The notes below the pieces were generated by a model, which saw only the letters and a program-made list of their open reading frames with translations, did no database searches and had not been told where the DNA came from. From assembly GCF_006345805.1 (NCBI RefSeq), contig NW_021836408.1:1-24461 (forward strand): DNA of 24,461 nt, given 5' to 3'. Source of the DNA: Octopus sinensis. Lineage: Eukaryota. Position 1 is the first letter of the stretch, and each line of letters begins with the position of its first letter. A program made the position numbers and the translations under genes. This document shows positions 9,071 through 21,240 of the stretch, one piece after another.

Positions 9071-10850
9071 TATTATTATTATTATCATTATTATTATTGT
9101 TGTTGTTGTTGTTATTATAATTATCATCATCATCAATCATCACCATCAACATTATTATCATTATCATATTGAAGCAGTTGATCTCGAAGTACATCTTGTG
9201 TTGCGATGGATGTTTAGCTGCTATTTCTATGAGATCAAATTATTGCATGTATGCTAGATAGTTGGTTCAGTACCGTACATTGTTTTTTTTTTGCTCCAGA
9301 TCAGCTCTGATCTAGGCGATTTATAATGAAAGGATATTCTAGCCATGCCTATTCTTTCTTTTTGTTTTCCAGGGAACAGTAACCAGGCTATGTTATCCAA
9401 CGTATCTTTATTTTTACATCGATCAGGTGTTGTCAGAGAGAGATTTTGCTGCTATTTCTAGTAAGTCGAACAACCACGTAGAAGCTTGATGCTGACTTAT
9501 GACCACGGAAATGCTTCCCCTTTTATTGATTGAGAACATGTGATGGCTATGCAGGTGGCGTTGCAAACACAATTATGTTTATATAGAATTGGAAGTAAAA
9601 CGCAGACAGCAAAATGTTGTTAATTTACCTGTAAAAGTGCAACCTACAGAAATGTATTTGTAGAGAGTGTTGAAGGAAAAGATTTTGAATACTTAATAGA
9701 GATTGTTTTGGCAAGGGACCAGACGCCTTGGCTGTAATTTAGGGTTAGGGTATATTGCCTTCAAGTTATGAGTTGCACGTAAGCAAATTGGCCCCGTTGC
9801 TTTGTAGTCTAATCGGAATAATGAGGGAGTGATAACATAATTAAAGATCGACATCACGTATAAACGACTGCCTGAGGCAGATATACCGTTCTTCGATAGA
9901 CACATATGTAATTTGTCTGTAGAAGATAATGAGATTACGAATGTATGCTAACAACGAAGAAACATTTATGCCTTCGGTAGACTTGCAGGAAATGACAACC
10001 GAAGATACTTCAAATTGAATACAACCGTTTAAAAGATAAGGAAGGACACATTGAATTATGTATCTGGAAGATAATTACTGAAGGAATTTACGTGATTGTC
10101 ATGTATAGAACTAGTTTTTGACGATAGATGTACTTTACCATGACTGGGGTGTGATAAACAACAACAACAACAACGACAGAAAGAACGATAATAAGCATTC
10201 TCATTAGAGAAGCAGACGATATTTTTAAAAATGGCTTCTTTTTGTGGTTTGTTTCTACAACGCGATAGATTGAAATAAAAGTATATTTTAGTCTCTATTT
10301 TCTATATCTTCAATATATCAATATTTATTGATTTGCTAGAGAATGACGAGCTGATGAAAGGGGGGTGGGGAAACTGCAACACAAAAAGTGAGAAATTTGT
10401 AGCAAATCTATTAAAGAGCATACATACATATAAACACACAATTATATATATTCCCATATAGATATACATACACAGACATAGGAACTGTAATTATATTCTA
10501 ATTACGTCATACATTTAGTATAAAAGTCTGTGACAGAAGGAAGTGAATATGTGTGCTTGGAACAACAGATATAGGATCCTGTTAGTTCTTTTTTTTCTTT
10601 TTTGTACTCTTAATAATTGCTGCAACCAGTAAAGATGGATTAGTTGAAGGAGAAATTGAGAGAGTAAGGATGAAAAGGAGAAAAAAGTGTAAAGAAGAGA
10701 AAAGTTTTCGAAAAAAAGTGATAATGTAAACAATGTAGAAATAGTGAAAGAAATACAGTTGGAAGAAAAGAAAACAGAAAAAGAAAGAAAGAAAGAAAAA
10801 AGAAAGAAAGAAGGCTAGCTACCTAGACAGATTGAAAGTTTGATAGACAT

Positions 10851-11162
<312 letters not shown>

Positions 11163-11697
11163 CATAAGAGGTAAAAGAAACGAACTTGATTCAAAATTAA
11201 AGAAGGAGAGAAGGCAGACAAAGGTGAAGAAAATGTAGAAAGAAATAAAGATCAAGGAAGAAAAGAAGTGGGTGAAGAAAACGGAAGGAAAATGGAGAGA
11301 GCGTAAGGAGAAAGGTATAAAACGAAAGAAAGAAATAAAGACAGCAAATGGAGGAAAAAATATTAAAGAAATAAAAAACAAAGAAGACAAGAACTAGAAC
11401 TCCGCTCTCTCTCTCTATCAATATATATACATATATATATTATAATATATATATATAATATATATATACATATATATATAATATACATATATATACACAC
11501 ATATAAGCACGTCAATATGTACGCCTACACACACATACCTATATATATAATAGGATGGAAGATGGAAAATAAATTCATAAATAAGCAAAAGATAAATGCA
11601 GGAAGTGGAAGAGTTCTCTGATGTCGGTAAAATGATAGCAAACACAATACACATACGTAAATGACTGCATTTATATACACATGCATACATACATATC

Positions 11698-11739
<42 letters not shown>

Positions 11740-11785
11740 CTGTTTACGTATATATAGATATACATGTATGTATGTATTTATATAT

Positions 11786-11837
<52 letters not shown>

Positions 11838-12202
11838 ATATATTTATGTATATATCTATATTTATACATATATAGAGAGAGAGGTATGTATATATATAAT
11901 ATATATATATATAATCTCTCTCCATATATATAGAGAGAGCTAAACGTATTTATGTATAGATATTTCGATATATCTATACACACACACACGCGCGCGCGAG
12001 CATATATATGTCTTCGTTTCTCTCACTTATTGACATCAGAGTATTCTATCACTTCCCGCCTTGTTCTACTCTTTGTGTTCGACGCTTTCCTTGCTATATA
12101 AACAAGAATTGTGTGGTAAAATATATATACATACATATAAACACACACGCACACAGTCACAAAGAATCTCATAAATATATATATGTATGCAATGTATATA
12201 TG

Positions 12203-12239
<37 letters not shown>

Positions 12240-12343
12240 AGAAATATGTTACAAAAAGAAAATAGAAAATACACGTGGAAATGTAAGGGGAAAATAAGAA
12301 AAAAATCAACGAAAATGCACATCGTAAATAAAAAAAGAAAAGG

Positions 12344-12383
<40 letters not shown>

Positions 12384-12986
12384 GCATCTATGTATATAAA
12401 TATGAATATATAGATATACATACATATATCTGATATTATATATGTATGTATATATATATATCGTGATATCGTACAGTATAGTATAGAACAGCGACCGTGG
12501 GTGCTGGATGGAGTGAGACTTTCAAATGAATGCGATTGAAATTTTGGAAGACTGGACTATCTCTTTTTGGTGCAGTGGTACTCATTGTTGCAATGGAATG
12601 TTTCCAAATGTTTTATTCGGCCGCTCATCCACTAATACACTGTTTCTTCTCGTCGTCCTTCTGCTCTCTTCTCTCCTTCATCTTTTTCCTCCTTTATTCC
12701 CTCTTACTCTCTACAACCACACATATCTATCAAATTTAAAATAAAATCTCAGCATTTAACTTTTAGTTGTGCGACATTGATTTTTTTTTCTTTTCTTTTT
12801 ATACAACGAAATTAATTAGAATTAGTCAATGGAAATGACGAAGAGATTATATGGCAGTCATGGCTTTTTTTTTTACCCCTTATGCAGCTGAAATCAGAAG
12901 CCATTTCCGACTTGCCAATACATCTTATCCTTAAGTCAAGAATTTACCAAGAATCCAAAATTGTTGCATTTTTTAAACATAAACAT

Positions 12987-13137
12987 CTACCACTGCTTCG
13001 GTTGTTGCTGTTGCTGCTACAACAACAACAACAACTACTACTACTACTACTACTGCTACTACTACTGCTGCCGCTGCTGCTGCTGATGCTGCTACTACTA
13101 CTACCACTGCAACTACTACTACTACTGCTACTACTAT
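12987..13137. repeat. Compound trinucleotide repeat (CTA/CTG/CAA)n
   Basis: Directly visible. Confidence 0.95.
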
Positions 13138-13833
13138 GTTGAAGACTAACCGTGGAACAGCCTGTCTTTTTTCAGTCCGAAGATGTTTTTCTAGATATAA
13201 AACTGACTACCGGAGAATTTCGAACCAAATTTGCTTATAATGTATTGTCAATCCGAGTGTATTGTGTGTGTGTGTGGGGGGGGTACTCTTCGAATTGTCC
13301 GGCAGTGAAACTTAGCAGAAATCAACGTCGTTCCGAAGCGAACCACTTGACCCCACAATCATACTCTCAAAAAAATACAGGGAGGAGCTCATTGCCAACA
13401 GTATGTTTGGTCACAGATCTCTTCCATCAGAACGTAACGAAGGGAAACAACCAAAACAACAGTTTCATCCGACATGTGGATTTATGTGAACCTATCAGGT
13501 ATCTTAAGAGAAGATATAACAAGGTTACCGAACTACCATTGTCTTGCCGTTGATTTTCACTATCATCCATTTTTTGACTTAGATTGAAAAACCCCGCCTA
13601 TATAATGGGGTGGGGGGAATGAGAAATAAGATTGAAATCGTTAACCCGAATTTCTGTTTTGAATATTATTCGGATGACTCGTGCGTATACATGGACACTG
13701 TGTTTGCTAGATATTGCAACCTAATCTCTTTCCGACCACACCTAACTATCTTAAAAATAGAGGGTGTGTATCATGTACTCCAAGCGAGCAATATGTCTGG
13801 AAATTGAAAATAGAAGGATGAAATGCAGAACTA

Positions 13834-14318
13834 TTGGGTTGTCCGGAAAGTTCGTGCCGATTTTTAAAGGAAAGGAAAAGGTCAATAAATACTTGCCCTT
13901 ATATTTTTAATCAACCAAATATGAACCATTTTGTTGCACAATGCATCTCCATCTTTCCTTTAACTTGAAAGTTTTACCATTAAGACAATTCTGCAGAGAC
14001 CTGAATAAGTGGAAATCCGAAGGAGCAATATCTGGTGAATATGGAGGGTGGGGTAACACATCCCAGCCAAGCAGCAGCAATTTTTGTCTGGTTCCCAAAG
14101 CATCAAGTGCCGAAAATGAACTTTCTTATCTTCGATTTTAAAGTGTTACAGAATTAACACAGGTAATAGGAACATAAACCTTCTTCCACGAAAAGATAGC
14201 TTAAACTGTGCTCTAAATTGAGGTGTAGTCAAATCCTATTTTATGGACTCAACCATGTTCTAAAATAAGTCGAATGGTAAGCTACTATAAATCAGCACGA
14301 ACTTTCTGGACAACCCAA
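13834..14318 (-). mobile_element. 485-bp internally deleted mariner (DD34D-type) element with TA target duplication
   Basis: TIRs ttgggttgtccggaaagttcgtgccgattt / aaatcagcacgaactttctggacaacccaa flanked by TA; the ORF at 13907-14098 encodes WDVLPHPPYSPDIAPSDFHLFRSLQN, the mariner YSPDLAPSD motif. Confidence 0.93.
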
Positions 14319-15024
14319 TATAGCGAATAATTTTCAATGGATTCCTGTAAGACCAGGACATGCAACAACAGCAATAACATCAACAGCAAAAACATCTTAG
14401 CGCAGTGGAGAACATTGATTTTTATATTTAAATACTGTTTTATAATTGGCAAGGAATTCATTGCTATTACCTCGTTGATATGCTGTCCAAAGACACGAGT
14501 AGATTCCTTCAAGTATACTTGTCTTCATGAGAGCACTCAAAGTTGAATTATATTATATTTTTGCTGAGATATAATATTTTCCGCGCGATCTAGATCGAAA
14601 CAATATTGAATTAGAAAAAGTAATTAAATTTCATTATTTCCAGGACTAATAACAGAGAAGAGAAACATTTTGAGTGCGAAAAAATATAAAAGAAAAGAAT
14701 TGCGGGTGGTCGATGAGAGATAAATTAATTGTAATACGTTAATTAGAACTTAATGTAGAATCATTTCTAAATTCAAATTTTGCATGTAACTTTTTTCTTT
14801 TTGTAATGTTCTAATTTCATTCAGATTTTTCCATTTTCTCTTTGTGGTCATAGTTGACATTTTAATTTTTTTTCCTACTTTGTTGCCATGACTCCACGCA
14901 ACTGATACTGCATACCACTGATAAAGTCGCTATTATGGTCAATCTCATCCTAGCCCTCTCGATCTTGTCGTTTGATACATCTAACACTACATTAATGGAT
15001 AAGCACGATAAAAAGTATTCCAGT

Positions 15025-15365
15025 CAAATAACTCAGTGGTTAGAGCGCCAGGCTCACAATCATGAGGTAGTGAGTTCGATTCTTGAACCAGGCTGTGTGT
15101 TGTGTTCTTGAGCAAGACTCTTTATTTCACGTTGCTCCAATTCATTCAGTGGTAGAAAGGAGTTGCGACGTCACTGTTGCTAAGCCGTATTGGCCCCTTT
15201 GCTTTTCCCTTGAATAACATTGGTGGCGTGGGGAGGGGAGGCTGGTATGAATGGGCGACTACTGGTCTTCCATAAACAACGTTGCCCGGAATTGTGCTTC
15301 GGGGGGGGGGACTTTCTACGTGCAATCCTATGGTCGTTCATGACCGAAGTGGGATTTAACCCTTA
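15025..15365 (+). mobile_element. tRNA-derived SINE with CORE-like segment
   Basis: Head aactcagtggttagagcg...gagttcgattc (A/B boxes) followed by gtgttgtgttcttgagcaagac. Confidence 0.8.
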
Positions 15366-15472
15366 CTGGGGACGACGTAATGGATTTTTCCACCCTTCAA
15401 AAACTGCTGGCTCTGTACCAAACCTGGGACCTATACCCATTATTATTGTCTTTTTAGGTGGTGACCAGGGTA

Positions 15473-15990
15473 AAAGCGGTAGGTTTGCAGAATCATTAGC
15501 ATCTCTTCCGCCTCATTAAGTTTTGAGTTCAAATACCACCGAGGACCACATAGCCTTCCATTTTTTTTCGGGGTGGATGAAATAAGTTCCAGATGAGCAC
15601 TGGAGTCGATGTAATCGACTAGCCCCTCCCTAACAAAATTGTTGGCCTTGCGTCAAAGAGAGGAAGAATTAACTGTATTGTTTCTGCGCTCAGCTTGGAA
15701 AAAAGTGATGAACTGACAAACTCGTTGGGGCGTTTCCAAAAGGTTTTGCAGTGTTTCTTCTTGATCTTTTGTCTTTATCCTTAAACTTTCGGGTTTGATA
15801 AAATAAAGTACCAGTGAAGAGCTCGAAATATACCGACCTTGTGACTAGACCATTAATATCGTTTTAGACAGAGAGCTGTGAAAAATAGGTAGAAGACTGG
15901 AAAAATTGTTAGAGCACTGAGAAAATCCTTTGCGATGTTTGTTTTGGTTCTTTACGTTCTGAGTAGAAATCCTGTAGTCATCTAACGGTC
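15473..15990 (+). mobile_element. Tandem of one recognisable (15473-15670) and two degenerate copies of the 18393/21962-type SINE
   Basis: Shared motifs gagttcaaat.cc.ccgagg, cggggt.gat.aaataag, actggagtcgatgtaatcgact. Confidence 0.65.
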
Positions 15991-16789
15991 GCCCCTAAAA
16001 AATGTTGTTCATGTAATGAAATGGAAAACACATTATTATTGTCGTTTTTGTTAGTATATTATTTTAAATAAATGTACTTTTCCCATAACACGACAATAAG
16101 ATCATCGTTTCGTCGCCATTAGATGAACGAATGTTGTTAAGAAGTTATATAACCTGCAGACACATGAAAGACTTTCATGTGAACTTTGTTACATTTGAAG
16201 AAATTTTTATTTCCTTTATTTATTTGCTAATTTTTCTTGGCCTCAACTTACTAAACAACAACAATAAAACAGGTAAAACTTGAACTTGAACTTACCTTTC
16301 CTTCGCAGTTACATTAACTTCACTTTCTTTCAAAAGGACTGTCAAGTTTTATTCTATAAAACATTAAAAAACATTACCCTAGTATACTGACGACGATGAC
16401 TCTAGCGACGGCGGGGCAGTGTCGGCGATGGCGGTAGTATCGACAATCAAGGTAATATCAGCGATGGCGGCGATGTCGTCGGCGGCTGCGTCAGTGGTAC
16501 TGGGTGGTGGTGGTGGAGGTGAGACGGTGTGGGGTATAGAGACACGCGTTATTGTTTGATTTCTTTTGGTCTTTTTTATGATTTTACTTGCTTTAGCCAT
16601 TGGGCTGAAGCCATGATGGAGCCCAACAACTGAATGGTTTAAATCGAATAATTAGGCCCCGGTATTTATGCTTTTTTTTCTTCATCTATAATACCTATTC
16701 TAACGATTTCCGTGGCCGAACTGACTTTCGGGGACATAAATAAACTGAGATGGATTGCTTAGTGATGGTGAGTACAAATACATAAACAT

Positions 16790-16972
16790 ATAGATCGTTA
16801 GCCACTACACACATTTTTTTCTCTCCTTGTTTTTTCTGTGTCCCTTTCTGTAGAAGAGCGTAGGCTCGAAATGTAAAAGACTTTTTTCTATTCCCGAGCG
16901 TTATACTAATACATCTGTTTGTTTTGTACACCATCTGTCTTCGTCTTTTATTTTTTTCGTAAACACTCCCTA
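16790..16972 (+). mobile_element. ~185-bp interspersed repeat with a divergent HHR-like motif; inverted copy at 19258-19443
   Basis: About 90% identical by eye to the reverse complement of 19258-19443; abuts (TA)n; contains ctgtagaagagcgtaggctcgaaa(c/t)gtaaaagac. Confidence 0.7.
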
Positions 16973-17146
16973 TATATATACATACACATATATAAATAAA
17001 GAGGCAATTTGTGCAACGATTGTCTTCCCATGATCACCTGTACACGAACATGTTAAATATGATCGTACTCACCTGTATTTCATTCTAGTCTACTCAGCAC
17101 AACTCTAATTAATTCTGGCTTTACAAAGCTAACCTTCCTTCAGCAT

Positions 17147-17319
17147 AGGTACAGAAGTGGTTATGTGGTAAAAACTTGGTTCCCAGTCACATGACTCTGG
17201 CCACCTTGGGCAGGTGTCTTCTACTATAGCCTCGGACCGACCAAGTCTTATGAGCAGACTTGCTACACGGAGTCTGAAAGAAGCCCATCGTATATATATA
17301 TATATATATATGTGTGTGT

Positions 17320-17355
<36 letters not shown>

Positions 17356-17480
17356 GGTTTGAGTTTGTCTCCTACCACAGCTCGACAACTGGTGTCAGTT
17401 CATTCGGCTAAAAGTTCTTCGAGGCAGTGCACCAACATGGCCGTAGTTTAATAACTGGAGCCAGTAAAGGATAAAAGATA
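17147..17480 (+). mobile_element. Degenerate copy of the 1895-type SINE with internal (TA)(TG) tract
   Basis: agtggttatgtggtaa head, ccttgggcaggtgtcttct, ctgaaagaagcc, and 3' catggccgtagt...agtaaaggataaaag. Confidence 0.75.
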
Positions 17481-18392
17481 AATGTACCGTTTGCTGTCCT
17501 AATATAACAACAGCAAGTTCCTTATGACTCGGTATACGCAGCTTTCGATGTGCAGCGATGGAGAAATACATCCGTCTACACATCACTGGCTTTATTCGGA
17601 CCTCTTACTCCACTCAAATTAATCCCTCTGTTAGAATATGAACTATTGCATTATCGACTCCGGCATTCTCAGTTGCAAACGGCTGTTAACCACCAAACTA
17701 GACCAGAATTAATTTGGAAGTGATTTCTTTATCTCTCGGTTTTTCTTCTTAAAATAGATATAAAGAACGAAAAGTGAGACGTGTTTAGACTTGCCAGTTT
17801 GTGTTTATGTCGAGAATTAGGATATAACATTTAAAAAAAAGTAACGTGCGGTAGAACTTGTTTCAATTATCTTAAGATAAACAGACATTTTGTAAAAGAA
17901 AAGCTGTGAATGCTGCAAACACAACTCACGGCTTCCCAACTCGTTCTCTACGAGAAAAAAAGTAACAACGGAAAATCCATGAAAACAAACAATAACAAAT
18001 CTGGAAAATAGGGAAAATATTTGATTTCGATCTTGGGAGAGGCACCGCAAAAAAGTAGCAATTAGGAATTAGAATTTAGAATTTTTTTTTCTTTTTCCAT
18101 AAGATTTTCGAGTAAGAAAGTAAAAGAATCTTATTATTTTCAAATTAAGATTTTATCATCGTGTCAAAAGAATTTTGGAATTTTTTTTTTCACAATTCTA
18201 AAACTGAAGAACTTTCTTTTATTCCCTTTTTTAATAAATAGCAGATAACAGATCCCATATGGCATATTTATTCGCTAGAATCGCAGCAGTGGATTTATGA
18301 CTCCAATTACATTAACTTCACAAGCCATACAGACAAGGCTAATGTTTAGTGATACAGGATCAATCAAGATATTGTAATATACTTTTAATATA

Positions 18393-18792
18393 AGACTGTG
18401 AGCCTGCAGAAACGTTAGCATCGCCGGGCGAAATGCTTAGCGGTATTTCGTCTGCCGCTACGTTCCGAGTTCAAATTCCGACGAGGTCGACTTTGCCTTT
18501 CATATTTTCGAGGTCGATTAAATAAGTACCAGTTACGCACTGGGGTCGATGTAATCGACTTAATCCGCTTGTCTATCCTTGTTTGTCCTCTCTATGTTTA
18601 CCCTCTTGTGGGTAGTAAAGAAATAGGTATTTCGTCTGGCGTTACGTTCTGAGTTCAAATTCCGCCGATGTCGACTTTACCTTTCATCCTTTCGGGGTCG
18701 ATAAATTAAGTAACAGTTGCGTAGTGGAGTCGATCTAATTGACTGGCCCCCTTCCCAAAAATTTCAGGTCTCGTGCTTTGAGTGGAAAAGAA
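18393..18792 (+). mobile_element. tRNA-derived SINE with an internally duplicated body
   Basis: ggtatttcgtctg.cg.tacgtt.cgagttcaaattccg.cga.gtcgacttt occurs twice (~18442 and ~18627). Confidence 0.85.
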
Positions 18793-18819
18793 TATATTTT
18801 CAATATTTTTACCAGATCT

Positions 18820-19030
18820 GAGGCAGAGAGCAGACAGAATCGTTAGCACTCCGGACGAATTAGCTTGGCGATATTTCGTCCGTCTTTATGTCCTGAGTTC
18901 AAATTCTGCAGAGGTTGAATTTCCATTGCGTAATCGATAATAATAAATACCAGTTGCATACTGGAGTCGAAGCAACTGACTTACCCTTCCACCGAAATTA
19001 CTGGCCTTGTGCCAAAATTTGAAACCAATA
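18820..19030 (+). mobile_element. tRNA-derived SINE (same family as 18393 and 21962)
   Basis: gaggcagag...cagaatcgttagcac...gagttcaaattc...ggccttgtgccaaaatttgaaacc. Confidence 0.8.
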
Positions 19031-19257
19031 TTTTTACCCAGTGCTAGAGAAGGACCTTTACTTGCTCGCTCCTCTTGCTAGAAACAACAACTCTCTCTCT
19101 CTCTTACTTCTCACAATGGCTGCGGTCATGCTCGTGCATGAAATTTATATAACCCAGCAACTCTTACTATTTCAATGATAATTTTTTATAATTTCTTTGC
19201 GATTTATGGAGGGTCAAAGCTGCAAAAACCACATACAAAAACGAAATATATATGTGT

Positions 19258-19443
19258 AGGGGGAGAGTTCACGAAAAAAAACAAAATACGAAGACAGGTG
19301 GTGTACAAAACAAACAGATATATTAGTATAACGCTCAGGAATTGAAAAAAGTCTTTTACGTTTCGAGCCTACGCTCTTCTACAGAAAGGGACACAGAAAA
19401 AAACAAGGAGAGAAAAACGTGTGCGTAGTGGCAACCGATCTAT
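19258..19443 (-). mobile_element. Second copy of the 16790 repeat, inverted
   Basis: Direct sequence match in reverse complement; abuts the (TA)n tract at 19448-19513. Confidence 0.7.
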
Positions 19444-19444
19444 C

Positions 19445-19484
<40 letters not shown>

Positions 19485-19486
19485 TA

Positions 19487-19519
<33 letters not shown>

Positions 19520-19661
19520 ATATAAGAGAGTGGTCACTATATGGCTCACTCTAGTACTAGTTAATCCAAAAGGTTTCAACCACAAAAAATATATGTTTCC
19601 CATGAAAGTCGGTACGATTGTTAGCTCACACGAACAGGGCAACTAAAAAATAACAAAAATA

Positions 19662-19757
19662 CAGATTATTTTGGGACAATTGTTTCGCTATTAATGAATT
19701 AAATGTAATTTTACTTACAAAAAAATCCACTTGTAGCTCCTCAGCCAAAACTATCTG
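19662..19757 (-). ncRNA. Canonical type I hammerhead ribozyme (left arm, minus strand; predicted cleavage between 19675 and 19674)
   Basis: Mirror image of the 19903-19998 motif; differs by one base, in loop II. Confidence 0.85.
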
Positions 19758-19902
19758 GATGAAATCCACTCAATCACACGCCAGATTTTACCATAACGAT
19801 AAATACACGTGTGGTTCAATTGATTACATCCGACGTTATAATTCAAATCACGCGTATTTATCGTTATAGTAAATTCTGGCGTGTGATTGAGTGGATTTCA
19901 TC

Positions 19903-19998
19903 CAGATAGTTTTGGCTGAGGAGCTACAAGTGGATTTTTTTGTAAGTAAAATTACATTTTATTCATTAATAGCGAAACAATTGTCCCAAAATAATCTG
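19903..19998 (+). ncRNA. Canonical type I hammerhead ribozyme (right arm; predicted cleavage after C19985)
   Basis: CAGAUAGUUUUGG-CUGAGGA-GCUA-(43-nt loop)-UAGC-GAAAC-AAUU-GUC-CCAAAAUAAUCUG: 13-position stem I with one A.A mismatch and one G.U, G10.1-C11.1, palindromic ACAAUUGU stem III, GUC triplet. Confidence 0.87.
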
Positions 19999-20312
19999 TA
20001 TTTTTGTTATTTTTTATTTGCCCTGTTCGTGTGAGCTAACAATCGTACCGACTTTCATGGGAAACATATATTTTTTGTGGTTGAAACCTTTTGGATTAAC
20101 TAGTGCTAGAGTGAGCCATATAGTGACCACTCTCTTATATTTATTTTTAAAAATATTATAATATATTATAAAATATTATAATATATTATAAAATATTATA
20201 ATAATCCAGGTTTCTCGGAGCACTGGGCCACTTGGTGTTGAATAGATATACTGTTAAATTAGTATCTAATTCTCTCACCCTTATTAATTAATTATATATA
20301 TATAATATATAT

Positions 20313-20360
<48 letters not shown>

Positions 20361-20822
20361 ATATAATATAATATAATATATATATATAATATAATATAAT
20401 ACAATATTATATTATATAATATACATTAAACACTATATGCGTAGCAATATGTTATCATACATTATTCACATTTGAAATCAGTTAAACGCACACATACACC
20501 TCTCTAGGAAAAGAGAAATTTCTTTTCTCTATCTTCCACGAAACATTCCAACACATACGTACATACAAATATATATATATACATTGCTATAAACACGAAC
20601 ACGCGCGCACATACATGCATAAATATATAAACGGTTACACACAAAAAAACACACAAATAAACTTCTTGACACACATAAATACAGAGCAAAAATGACAAGC
20701 AACAAGCAACGTCACACAAATGTATGCACGAATACAGTCTATCATGCGGACACGCATATGAGATCCACACACACACACACATGCAGGAATACAAGTAGAA
20801 ACACACCCGTGACACATATTTA

Positions 20823-20898
20823 ATGTCTGTCTATTTATCCCTCCTGCTCTTTATCTATCTATCTATCTATTTATCTATCTATATATCTATCTATTTAC

Positions 20899-20994
<96 letters not shown>

Positions 20995-21009
20995 TTACCT
21001 ATCTATCTT

Positions 21010-21042
<33 letters not shown>

Positions 21043-21046
21043 TTAC

Positions 21047-21082
<36 letters not shown>

Positions 21083-21240
21083 TTATCTTTGTCTCTCTGA
21101 CTGTCTGTCTATCTATCTATCAGTTTGTCTGTCTCCGTGGCTGCCTGTCTGTCTGTCTATATCTATCTATGTAGCTATTTATCTATCTACGTATGTATAT
21201 ATGTATCTACCTACGTATTTATATGTATGTATGTATGTAT
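20823..21240. repeat. (CTAT)n/(CTGT)n/(GTAT)n compound microsatellite
   Basis: Directly visible. Confidence 0.97.

Larger units (their letters stand above)
19519..20141. mobile_element. Fold-back element: 293-bp inverted arms (19519-19811 / 19849-20141) with a 37-bp spacer, each arm carrying a hammerhead ribozyme
   Basis: Manual alignment: no indels, 6 mismatches (left positions 19555, 19643, 19700, 19786, 19792, 19807). Confidence 0.92.

Noticed and set aside
9740-9751. TTAGGGTTAGGG telomere-like dimer
   Set aside because: Only two units; compatible with chance.
10350-10385. CUGAUGA...GAAAC at 10351
   Set aside because: The intervening G-run cannot form stem II and there is no NUH with stem III pairing.
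12530-12739. ORF with a signal-peptide-like N-terminus (MRLKFWKTGLSLFGAVVLIVAM)
   Set aside because: Short, runs into a CT-rich low-complexity tract, no convincing splice donor or recognisable homology.
13152-13553. 133-aa ORF with FLDIKLTTGEFRT, faintly like a Penelope RT motif
   Set aside because: The match is too short, no flanking RT motifs are present, and the ORF crosses a (TG)n/G-run.
16385-16530. GC-rich island
   Set aside because: A decayed (GAC/GGC/GGT) triplet repeat; no promoter or coding evidence.
19519-20141. Interpretation as an ordinary MITE with long TIRs
   Set aside because: Not excluded, but no target-site duplication can be defined beyond TA-rich sequence, and the complete hammerhead in each arm plus the same polarity in other elements favours a Penelope-like fold-back.
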